49,655 nucleotides of DNA, from positions 1 through 49,655 of IMG/VR virus record IMGVR_UViG_3300045988_137874. One strand, 5' to 3'. The notes under the pieces were generated by a model. The model ran no database searches, was not told the DNA's origin, and was given only the letters and a program-made list of their open reading frames with translations. The translations under genes were made by a program, and so were the position numbers. This document shows positions 20,577 to 27,986 of the stretch, piece by piece (the first letter of the stretch is position 1; each line of letters starts with the position of its first letter). Source of the DNA: a virus.

Positions 20577-21095
20577 TTAGATCTCCTCATCTTCTAGTGT
20601 TGGTGCGGGTGTTGTTGGTTCTGGTGTAGCTTCAAATGGAATATCGTCTTCAACTTCCTTGAAGCGGTCAGCAATGCTAGGCTCTGGTACATAGACATCT
20701 AGTCCCAGATACATTTCATTTCTGATATCAACTACAGACTTGTCACCGTACTGTTTGTTGCTATCTATTTTGAGCTCTACCATAGCTTGCTTACCTACAA
20801 GTATCTTTGTAAGGTCAGCCAGTTCAAAGTCTCCTTCAGGCTGTATACCAAAAGCAGTTAAGAACTGCTTCAGCTTGAAGAGCATAAAACCTTCTGAGGC
20901 TTCCTTGAAGATATCAAAAACATAAGCTCCACCTTTGTCTCCATCAGTTACCTGCTGCATACCTACCTTTAGGTAAGGGTCTCCAGCTTTGTTTGTCTTC
21001 ATTTCCGCTTTCTTAATTTCCATCTTGTGCCAGCCCTCAATTAGTAGGTTGTTTGCTGGTTTTTCTGCGTTGTTTAGTGCGTCAAAATTAATCAT
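20577..21095 (-). CDS. DUF669-like phage single-stranded DNA-binding protein (putative)
   Basis: The start pattern MINFDAL...LIEGWHKMEIKKAE...NKAGDPYLKV resembles DUF669 proteins, which usually sit next to AAA_24 ATPases. The acidic tail contains DDIPF, an SSB-like tip. Confidence 0.5.
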   Translation of the reverse strand: MINFDALNNAEKPANNLLIEGWHKMEIKKAEMKTNKAGDPYLKVGMQQVTDGDKGGAYVFDIFKEASEGFMLFKLKQFLTAFGIQPEGDFELADLTKILVGKQAMVELKIDSNKQYGDKSVVDIRNEMYLGLDVYVPEPSIADRFKEVEDDIPFEATPEPTTPAPTLEDEEI

Positions 21096-21099
21096 AATG

Positions 21100-21477
21100 T
21101 TACTGTCCTTTCTGTGTTACTCTGAGCATTGATTCTGTGAATGTAGCGGTTAGTCTCTGGATGTATTCAATGTCATCTCCTACCTGTCTCAATAGGTCGT
21201 GGTATGCATCCTCTGTGTTTCTCTTTGCTTCATATGCAGATTTAAGATTGTTTTCTAGCATTACAAGTTTATTGTCTGCTAATGCTACTTCTTTCTTGAG
21301 GTCATTAATGCAAAGGATAAGTTCCTTCTGAGTCATCTTTGTGTAAGGCACATTCTCTAGTACATCTAATGTTCTAGTCTTTGCTCTAGGCTTTCTAGTC
21401 TTCTTTGGTGCTTCTTCTTTCTTTACTACAGGTGTTACCTTTTCAGTTACCTTTTCTGTTGTCTTCTTTGTTTCCAT
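21100..21477 (-). CDS. hypothetical protein (Lys-rich N-terminus, coiled coil)
   Basis: 125-aa ORF with an RBS in the replication module. No recognisable motif. Confidence 0.5.
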   Translation of the reverse strand: METKKTTEKVTEKVTPVVKKEEAPKKTRKPRAKTRTLDVLENVPYTKMTQKELILCINDLKKEVALADNKLVMLENNLKSAYEAKRNTEDAYHDLLRQVGDDIEYIQRLTATFTESMLRVTQKGQ

Positions 21478-21493
21478 TTTTCTTTTCTCCTTT

Positions 21494-22453
21494 TTAATCT
21501 ACGGTTAGTTTAATGTATGCTTGCTTTAACGTGCTCAAAGGTAAATCTTTTACCTTGGCATCCTTATAGCCTAGTTCTGTTAGTATTAACTTCCAAAGTG
21601 TTTTCTTGTTTGCGTTTTCTGTGAGATATCCTTTTACAGCGTCCTCATATTCTTTATGCTGTGCTGCTTCAATCTCTTCTGGTGATGTACCATCTTCCAG
21701 ATACTTACGTAGCTGTTCACAAAGTTCTGGTGTAAAGTGATATGTTTCTCCTTTTACAAACATAGCGTATCTTGACTTAACTACTTTAGCTACAGGAGGC
21801 GTAGTTGGTGTTCCTGCTGTAATCATATGTAGCACTAAGTCAGGCTCATACTTAATGTCTGCCTGCATAATCTGCTGTTCACCTAAAGACTGTACTGTTG
21901 TTTTACCTTGTTCGTTAGTGCCAATTTCCATTTTCTCTTTGACTCTAACAGTTGTAATACAGTGTACTCTGTTGTCTCTCAAGAGTTCAAACAGTAGTCC
22001 TTTTTCTTTGGCTACTCTAGGGTCTCCCCATGCAGCGTATTCATTACTGTTTCTTGACGTTGCTTTAACATCATTTAGGATATCTAGGATACCTCCTTTA
22101 TACTGCCATGCATGTGAGATTGAGTCCATGATTACTACTGTAGCTCCTGCTTTAACAGCTTCATCTCTAAACGCTAGATAATGTGATGGCTTATAGCCAA
22201 TATCCGGTGTGAAGTTTCCAATCTGAAAATCTTCAAACTTACCTCCTGATGAGCTATTAAGTCCACTAAATAGCGGTAGCGATCCGTTCTCTGTGTCAAT
22301 AGCAAATACCTTTTTGTAGTCTCCAGCTAAAGCCTTACCAAGCACAAGTGCTAGTCCTGATTTGCCTGAACCTGTAAGTCCTTCAATCAGTATAGATGCT
22401 TTGCACTGTTTACGTTCTGCTTTATGGAAACTAAATACTGGATTTTGTGACAT
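21494..22453 (-). CDS. AAA_24/Sak4-like RecA-fold ATPase
   Basis: Walker A is EGLTGSGKSG and Walker B is VVIMDSISHAW. The neighbourhood (SNF2 helicase upstream, DUF669-like protein downstream) is typical of this family. Confidence 0.7.
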   Translation of the reverse strand: MSQNPVFSFHKAERKQCKASILIEGLTGSGKSGLALVLGKALAGDYKKVFAIDTENGSLPLFSGLNSSSGGKFEDFQIGNFTPDIGYKPSHYLAFRDEAVKAGATVVIMDSISHAWQYKGGILDILNDVKATSRNSNEYAAWGDPRVAKEKGLLFELLRDNRVHCITTVRVKEKMEIGTNEQGKTTVQSLGEQQIMQADIKYEPDLVLHMITAGTPTTPPVAKVVKSRYAMFVKGETYHFTPELCEQLRKYLEDGTSPEEIEAAQHKEYEDAVKGYLTENANKKTLWKLILTELGYKDAKVKDLPLSTLKQAYIKLTVD

Positions 22454-23858
22454 AACGTACTCCTTTCTGCTTTAGATATTTATTATAATCATTAATGACG
22501 TCTGTTTCTGTGAAGCGTTGTTCTAACAATGTGTAGATTTGTTCATCATAGGATTCAGTCATCATTAATTCGATTATCTTATGTGGCTTACTTGCTTTGT
22601 CCTCAGTAGTAGCTACAAACCTATCTTCTGCTTGCATGATATCTCCTATAGGTGGAAATTTATCAGCGAAGATAGCTGTTTCAGCCCTATCTAATGTAAG
22701 AGCTTCTTTACCTGCCTGTATGTTTATTAGGAATATATTAAACTTACCTGCTTGAAAATCCTGTTTATAGACCTCTCTGGTTTTCTTTGGTGTAGCTCCT
22801 ATAATCATAGCTAGTTTTGTTCTTGCCTTTAGCTCATTATAGAGCAGTTTCAAGAACTGTGTTGATGTGCTAAATATGATAATAGGTTCCTCAGGATAAT
22901 CTGATATATACTGTTTAATATAATCTAATTTAGGTGAGCGACCCTCAACCCCCACCAGAGCGGGATGTAGACAAAGCTGTCTTTCTCTTATCAGAGCCTC
23001 TAATACATTCTTTGTTTCTAAATCTCCTACTCTGAACTCGGTGTGTAGTTGATTGATTGCTCTTTTTTGTTTTGGTGCAAGTGTTAATGGTACTCTCACA
23101 TAGTCTTTACTAGGTAACCAAGGCATTACATCTTTACGTTTTCTCTGTGTAGAGTAGTCAGCTAGGATGCTCTGTAGTTCTTCCTGCATACCTTTCTTAA
23201 AGTCTGTAAACTCTGTATATGTCCTAGGTTGTTTTCTTATCTTATCCCAGATTTGATGTACTTCACTATCAAAATACTTGTGTTTAAACTGCCAGTCTGT
23301 GTCTGTAGTTATTCCTAAAAAGTATAATATGGAGTATATGTCATATGCTTTTCCTGGTGCTGGCGTTCCTGTAAGTGCTAGTCTGTTTGGTATCTTTTTT
23401 GCTAGTTTAAACATTGATTTAGCACTCGCTGAATCAGGTGTTTTGATTCTGTGTGCCTCATCTAAAATTATATATTTAGGTTTAGCTTTTAGGATTTCTT
23501 CTATAACACCTTTAGATACAACTGTTGTTTTACAACTGTCTAAAGATATTACTAAACCGTGGGTCCAGTTCTCTTTTATGATTTTCTTACGTTTAGCTAA
23601 AGTACCGTCACACACTATACATGGTTTTCCTACCCAGCGTTCGTATTCAGCAGCCCATTGATATAGTGATGAGGCTGTAGCAATGATTAATACTTTTTCA
23701 TTTTCTAATTTACGCAGCTTGATTGTTGCTAATGCTGTAGGTGTCTTACCTGTACGCTGTTCATTAAAACAAGCCATAGCAGGTTTTGTTACTAAAAACT
23801 TTGCATCTTCTTTCTGATAAGGTCTTAGTACTCTGGTAGTTCTTGTTTCTTTACCCAT
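22431..23858 (-). CDS. SNF2/SF2 family helicase
   Basis: LRPYQ, motif I EQRTGKT, motif II DEAHRIK, motif III LTGTP and motif VI-like QAEDR. Confidence 0.9.
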   Translation of the reverse strand: MGKETRTTRVLRPYQKEDAKFLVTKPAMACFNEQRTGKTPTALATIKLRKLENEKVLIIATASSLYQWAAEYERWVGKPCIVCDGTLAKRKKIIKENWTHGLVISLDSCKTTVVSKGVIEEILKAKPKYIILDEAHRIKTPDSASAKSMFKLAKKIPNRLALTGTPAPGKAYDIYSILYFLGITTDTDWQFKHKYFDSEVHQIWDKIRKQPRTYTEFTDFKKGMQEELQSILADYSTQRKRKDVMPWLPSKDYVRVPLTLAPKQKRAINQLHTEFRVGDLETKNVLEALIRERQLCLHPALVGVEGRSPKLDYIKQYISDYPEEPIIIFSTSTQFLKLLYNELKARTKLAMIIGATPKKTREVYKQDFQAGKFNIFLINIQAGKEALTLDRAETAIFADKFPPIGDIMQAEDRFVATTEDKASKPHKIIELMMTESYDEQIYTLLEQRFTETDVINDYNKYLKQKGVRYVTKSSI

Positions 23859-24328
23859 TCTTTTTCTTCCTTTGTAAGTTCAACTGTACTCTGTAGTTTT
23901 CTTAATTGTGCATCTAGCTCTGTTGCAGTTGGTGCGTGCTTCTGTGCGGATGTTAATGGTACATAGCAGTAAATAAACGCAGGTCCTTTGTCATTGTCTG
24001 TGTCTGACTCGATTTTCTGAAGTGCATTAATGAGTTGTGACTGTGCTACTGACCTAGAGTCACTAGAGTTTGCAACCATTTTGATTAGTGCAGAGTCTTT
24101 TAGTATCTGCATTTCAGAACTTCTGTATTTAATTACATCAGGTTCCTTTAGAAATGCTGACCAGTATTCTGAAGTTAAATACTTTAAATCAGTTAGGCTT
24201 GGATTTATTTCGTCACATAGTTCTGCAAGCTCGTATTGGTTTGCACCTATTGCTGTTTCTCCTAGACTCTTAAAAATCTCCCAGAGTCTTTCTTTCTGTG
24301 TTTTATTCAGTCGGACTGTTGTACTCAT
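23825..24328 (-). CDS. hypothetical protein (167 aa)
   Basis: ORF overlapping both neighbours in an operon-like arrangement. No recognisable motif. Confidence 0.5.
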   Translation of the reverse strand: MSTTVRLNKTQKERLWEIFKSLGETAIGANQYELAELCDEINPSLTDLKYLTSEYWSAFLKEPDVIKYRSSEMQILKDSALIKMVANSSDSRSVAQSQLINALQKIESDTDNDKGPAFIYCYVPLTSAQKHAPTATELDAQLRKLQSTVELTKEEKEWVKKQELPEY

Positions 24329-24779
24329 TTAATACTAATACCTCCTTTAAATCTATAATAGTCTCTATTAATATAATCATTGTTCTATGGTCTTTTGCAG
24401 TTAGGTTGTATATCCAATGTGGTGGAAGTACTTCTGCTCTAGGTCTGTGCTCACCGTCTCCTAGGTGATGCTTAACACTAGAATAAGACACGCCTAAAAT
24501 TTTAGCAATTTGATAAGGTGAGTAGTTCAGATTAGTTAGCATCAATACCCAGTATCCTTTTGCTATTTTCTTTGGGGCATGTCTTATTGCTTTCATTACT
24601 AATGATTTAATTTGTGCTGTATAGAGGTCTTCTTTAGCTAGATTTGCTATAGTGAATAGGAACTCTAGTAATCTTTGTATGTCAAAGCCAGCTCTATTTG
24701 AAAACATAAAGCAAATTTGTAAAAATTGTGCTTCTGCATATAGCATGTAATTTAGTTCTTCATACTTTGATTTATACAT
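24303..24779 (-). CDS. helix-turn-helix protein, sigma-70 region-4/LuxR-like (putative phage transcription factor)
   Basis: The C-terminal segment LNYSPYQIAKILGVSYSSVKHHL is a classical HTH. It is the first gene after a long structured leader, with an AAGGA RBS. Confidence 0.5.
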   Translation of the reverse strand: MYKSKYEELNYMLYAEAQFLQICFMFSNRAGFDIQRLLEFLFTIANLAKEDLYTAQIKSLVMKAIRHAPKKIAKGYWVLMLTNLNYSPYQIAKILGVSYSSVKHHLGDGEHRPRAEVLPPHWIYNLTAKDHRTMIILIETIIDLKEVLVLNEYNSPTE

Positions 24780-24807
24780 ATTATGTTCCTTTTATTACTT
24801 TACTGTT

Positions 24808-24882
24808 ATATAGCAGGGCGTGCAAGTGGATCTTTCCGGCTAGTGGGGTGCCTGGAAAGATCCCTTCGCATGAGCGCTATAT
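24808..24882 (-). promoter_or_regulatory. long imperfect stem-loop in the leader of the HTH gene (or an independent small RNA)
   Basis: The outer stem is ATATAGC/GCTATAT (24808-14 / 24876-82). The inner perfect 10-bp stem is GGATCTTTCC/GGAAAGATCC (24828-37 / 24854-63) with a 16-nt loop. Additional TGC/GCA and AAG/CTT pairs lie between them. Confidence 0.45.
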
Positions 24883-24903
24883 TTAGTGAGTGTATCACTT
24901 TGT

Positions 24904-24931
24904 GTTACATTAGCGAAACGCATAATGCTTA
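24904..24931. repeat. left copy of a 28-bp direct repeat bracketing the RT module (GTTACATTAGC-N5-GCATAATGCTTA)
   Basis: 25 of 28 positions are identical to 26521-26548. Both copies are intergenic and lie upstream of minus-strand transcription units. Confidence 0.8.
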
Positions 24932-24949
24932 ACTTAGTAGTCAAAATGG

Positions 24950-25105
24950 CTAAAGTAATATAGCATAAAGTTTTCATAAAAAAAATAGATACTCAAGAGT
25001 GTGTATACATGTGACTAATTTTAGAGAGAATTTATGATGAACATGTTTTGAGTAATTCGTTAGAAATATCTAAAGTAATAACGTAAAAGTTTTGAGTATC
25101 TATTT
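24950..25105 (-). repeat. structured non-coding segment downstream of the RT: 14-bp perfect inverted repeat plus about 25-bp direct repeats
   Basis: The inverted repeat is AAATAGATACTCAA (24983-24996) / TTGAGTATCTATTT (25092-25105). The direct repeats are CTAAAGTAATA..AAAGTTTT at 24950-24974 and 25070-25093. No ORF with an RBS is present. Confidence 0.6.
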
Positions 25106-25112
25106 CGTATTT

Positions 25113-25172
25113 AAAAACAGTAAGTGCTCTCTTATTTGTGTTTATGTGTCTTTTGTTTATAAGCACCTACTG
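25113..25172 (-). terminator. candidate terminator after the RT gene (11-bp stem, large loop, T5 on the minus strand)
   Basis: CAGTAAGTGCT (25118-28) pairs with AGCACCTACTG (25162-72) with one mismatch. The A5 run at 25113-17 gives a T5 tail on the minus-strand RNA. The large loop makes it atypical. Confidence 0.4.
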
Positions 25173-25184
25173 TTCTTAACAAAG

Positions 25185-26304
25185 TTAGTATAGCATATTT
25201 TTCATATACTGCTCTACGTTGGTTTTATATTTTACAGTATATTTATGTAATATGTAATTTGTGTAATCAGGGTCTACAGCCTTTGCGTAAGCTATGTTCC
25301 CCTGTAGTTCCTGTATTTCGGGTACAGTCCATGTCTTCTTTTCAACTATGTTTTCATAACAGAATCTATTTATCTTTGCGTTTAGGATTTTATTGTTTTT
25401 ATGTCCTAATGTAATTCTGTTATCTTTGTTCAGCATGAGTCCTACATTCCAGTTTCTTCCTGCGTTAGACCCGTATCTTGTTTTCTTATTGTTGATTTTA
25501 AATGGAGCATTAAAGTTATTTAGAATGTTTTCTATTTCTTTAATAACGTCTGTCCACTTAAAACTCTTACCTGCACTAATGATAATATCATCAGCGTATC
25601 TTGTGTATGTGAAGAATGTTCCATACTTCTTACCTAGTTCTACGCATAAGTTTGTTATGTCATAGTCTATAGGTACCATGCAAAGATTTGTAAGTGCTGG
25701 ACTAACAGGCGTACCCTGTGGGAGTTTATCGTTTAGGAGGCAAATGTCTAGCATTTTAGAGATGACAGCTCTATCATTTTTGATAAGTGCTCCTATAGGG
25801 TAAACCTGCTCCAGCATGTTTAAGATATATTCTTTGTTGTGTGCTGGGAAGAAGTTGCTAAAGTCTATTTTCAAGAACCATTTAGCTTGCATGTTTTGAT
25901 GTTTCTTTAAACTTTCTATATGGCTTCTTCCTTTGACGTATGCATAAGCAGCGTCATGTGGTAGTATATGCAATTCGTCTTGTAACCAATACGCAAGTGT
26001 TGACTGTATAGTTTTGAGTTCCTGTATTGGGGCATCAATCTCACGCAGTCCTCCAGACTTCTTTGGAATTTTGAACGAAGAGTATAGCTGTAAATTAGAT
26101 TTACTTAAAGACTCCCAACTATTTAAGATGTAGTCTCTAAATCGTGTAGCGTCCTCTGTTAGTGTAAAGTTAGTAGTATCTGGTAGCTCTACTGTTGTAT
26201 ACTCTCGTAGTTTCGTTTTTTCTGGTATAGGTTCGTTTAGAAGTATTTTTCTTAATGTTACTTTTGGGTAGTTTATTTTTTTCTCTGTGAATTGTGTAAT
26301 ACAT
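25185..26304 (-). CDS. reverse transcriptase, retron/Abi-like (non-DGR, no maturase or endonuclease domain); needs a +1 shift in an A7 tract
   Basis: RT motifs read in one frame: FKIPKKSGGLREIDAP (1-2), WFLKIDFSNFF (A/3), LPQGTPVSPALTNL (4), YTRYADDIIIS (YADD, 5), FKINNKKT (6) and RNWNVGLML (retron VTG-like, 7). This frame is open over 26318-25185, but its first canonical start is the TTG at 25973, which lies after motifs 1-2. The ATG at 26304 with a GGAGG RBS is in the frame one nucleotide off. Confidence 0.85.
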
Positions 26305-26520
26305 TTTTGTTTCCTCCATTACTGTGATAGTTTGAGCTCTTTGTCTGTAGCTGCTGACAGGGCGTCGCACTGGACTCGTTTGGTTTGTGCACCTTGGAGT
26401 TTTAATCTTTTGCTGGTTTATCCTGCATTTGGATTATTTGCATCCTTCTGTAGCGTCAGGTTCCTGAGTAATTTTTTCTTTTCTACGTCATCCAGCTCTT
26501 CCGTTTTTCTCTGACAATGC
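26305..26520 (-). ncRNA. candidate structured leader/ncRNA upstream of the RT
   Basis: About 215 nt with no RBS-preceded ORF, lying between the 28-bp repeat and the RT start. It is more GC-rich than other intergenic DNA. It contains an 8-nt direct repeat GCTACAGA (26447-54 and 26344-51 on the plus strand as TCTGTAGC) and several short hairpins. No secure fold could be derived by eye. Confidence 0.3.
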
Positions 26521-26548
26521 GTTACATTAGCTAATAGCATAATGCTTA
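26521..26548. repeat. right copy of the 28-bp direct repeat bracketing the RT module
   Basis: GTTACATTAGC-TAATA-GCATAATGCTTA, compared with GTTACATTAGC-GAAAC-GCATAATGCTTA at 24904-24931. The copies are 1617 bp apart. Confidence 0.8.
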
Positions 26549-26595
26549 TATTTTTTATTAAGAGTATAAAATAACTAATGGATAATATTTTGATT

Positions 26596-27267
26596 TTAGA
26601 ACGAGTCTAAAAACATGTCAAATACGTTAATTGTTGCAAACTTTTTTTGTGCGCCTGTGTTTATATAGTTTATAAAGTTGGCTACCTGCAAGCTCGCTAA
26701 CACGTGCACCGTAGGGGACACTGATAACGACATCCCACAAGCACTTGTTGGTGTTTCAGCTTTTGCTTCTTCATGACTAAAACACATAGAAGCTAGTAAG
26801 CGTTCTTGGTCTTCCTTATTCTTCCAATCCGCAGCTAAAACAGTACCATCTTCCAAACCGAGCCTAATGTCAAAGATTGCTTTTATCTGTTTGTTCTTTG
26901 TAGCTACAGTTGTTATGTCTCTTCTTGTGTCAATGTTATCTACTGCTAGAAAAACATAACCAGCTAGTCTATCTGCTGGTGTGCAACGTTCTTTCTTTGT
27001 GATTCTGCAAGAGTCATTTATTTTAAGTAATCTTGCTTCAAGTGCGTCTGTTTTTAGCATACCTACTTCTGTGTTATCGTAGAGCTGATTTACTACATTG
27101 TGAGACTCAATTGTGTCAAAATCCCATAGTGTAATCTTGTCTATTCCAGAGCGTACTAGCATATCAGCTAGAAATGAACCTGTTGCTCCACAGCCTACAA
27201 TATGTACTTCTGTTTTGCCTAGTTTCTTTGGGTCAAAGTAGTCCTTACTTTTGTTTAGGTTAATCAT
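26596..27267 (-). CDS. ThiF/MoeB/E1-like adenylyltransferase (short, 223 aa)
   Basis: Rossmann motif HIVGCGATGS, then WDFDTIESHNVVNQ (DxD..N..Q), GMLKTDALEARLLKIN, FLAVDNIDTRRDI and a C-terminal SACGMSLSVSPTVHVLASLQVANFI. This is the canonical E1 adenylation-domain motif order. Its ATG overlaps the JAB stop. Confidence 0.85.
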   Translation of the reverse strand: MINLNKSKDYFDPKKLGKTEVHIVGCGATGSFLADMLVRSGIDKITLWDFDTIESHNVVNQLYDNTEVGMLKTDALEARLLKINDSCRITKKERCTPADRLAGYVFLAVDNIDTRRDITTVATKNKQIKAIFDIRLGLEDGTVLAADWKNKEDQERLLASMCFSHEEAKAETPTSACGMSLSVSPTVHVLASLQVANFINYINTGAQKKFATINVFDMFLDSF

Positions 27268-27986
27268 TATTTGTTTCTCCTTCCATAGTAGAAATTACGT
27301 TCATCACCTATAGGATATCCTGCGTCACCGTAGTAATAATCTTCCAGAATGTCATCATCCATTTCTAATAGTGCTGTCGTGTCTTTCCAATTGTTCTTGT
27401 TCTTATTCTTATTCTTATTGTTCTTGTTATAAGTATAAACTGTTGGCTTATACTCTGTGACTTTTTCTTTTGTTTCTCTAATAGCCCACTCTGTTTCTTT
27501 GTTAGCAACTGGGATTATCTGAATATCCTTTGTTTCATACTGTAAGCCAGTTACTGTGTCATAAATGGTGCACCAGATTTCTCTTTTCTTATTTACAATT
27601 AAGAATATGTAGAAGTCACCCTCTTGTAGCTGTGCTAAATGGTCTTCTTGTAATTTGGTGTCTGTAGCACTAGGTGATGTTCCCATAGTTACGTGGGAGT
27701 GTCCGTGTATACGTAGTTTATCGAATACGTTTGAGTTAAGGTCAAGTCTATAACCGTCTAGCCATTCTGCAAACTTAGCTTCGTCTGCTACTATAGATGT
27801 TGCATCTACAGCCTGTGGGTATACTAGAATATCAGTTATTATGAAAGTGTTATCTTTTCTTTCTACTGTTCCGTGCCAGCCAATTTCTTTTGTGTTGTAA
27901 TCTACTAGAGCCCACATTTTGTTATAGGCTGTTTCTGTAAATGTTACAACTGGCTGTACATAATCTTTTTTAAGAATCGGTTTCAT
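27267..27986 (-). CDS. JAB/MPN (JAMM) metalloprotease
   Basis: A complete JAMM signature is present: upstream Glu (KEIGWHG), then HGHSHVTMGTSPSATD, which is HxHx7SxxD. The start is chosen at MKPILKK (27986) because the track start at 28040 overlaps the upstream gene by 71 nt. The C-terminus has a (NK)n low-complexity tract. Confidence 0.85.
   Translation of the reverse strand: MKPILKKDYVQPVVTFTETAYNKMWALVDYNTKEIGWHGTVERKDNTFIITDILVYPQAVDATSIVADEAKFAEWLDGYRLDLNSNVFDKLRIHGHSHVTMGTSPSATDTKLQEDHLAQLQEGDFYIFLIVNKKREIWCTIYDTVTGLQYETKDIQIIPVANKETEWAIRETKEKVTEYKPTVYTYNKNNKNKNKNKNNWKDTTALLEMDDDILEDYYYGDAGYPIGDERNFYYGRRNK

Noticed and set aside
26344-26454. A DRT2-like rolling-circle template (8-nt direct repeat GCTACAGA, 103 nt apart, in the RT leader) that could create a repeat-spanning endless ORF
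   Set aside because: The period of 103 is not a multiple of 3. On the cDNA-sense (plus) strand two of the three frames contain stops (TAG at 26348, TGA at 26355). On the RNA-sense strand all three frames contain TAA. A concatemer therefore cannot give a continuous ORF.
26170-26514. Track ORFs 26170..26370 (-) and 26287..26514 (+) as real genes
   Set aside because: The minus ORF is the out-of-frame 5' end of the RT gene. It has a low-complexity K/R/T-rich translation and ends where the RT frame is clearly coding. The plus ORF is antisense to the RT leader, has no RBS, and has a Ser/Phe/Leu-rich composition typical of chance ORFs.
26418-26540. A 40-aa minus-strand ORF (MLLANVTHCQ...), and its 27-aa counterpart starting in the other 28-bp repeat (MRFANVTQSD...), as leader peptides
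   Set aside because: Neither ATG has a Shine-Dalgarno sequence, whereas nearly every real gene here has GGAGG or AAGGAG. The shared ANVT simply reflects the repeated DNA.
26305-26560. A canonical retron msr/msd with flanking a1/a2 inverted repeats upstream of the RT
   Set aside because: I found no inverted repeat of 7 nt or more bracketing a 100-200-nt segment in this leader. Only short local hairpins and direct repeats are present. The RT may still use a non-canonical RNA, so the region is kept as a low-confidence ncRNA candidate.
25185-26595. Diversity-generating retroelement (DGR), because an RT lies next to non-coding repeats in a phage with fibre genes
   Set aside because: The RT has the retron/group-II-type QGTPVSP motif 4 rather than the DGR-type (I/L)GxxxSQ. 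No Avd-like gene is adjacent. By eye I found no template/variable repeat pair matching any fibre gene 3' end. A computational TR/VR search, allowing adenine-specific mismatches, would be the decisive check.
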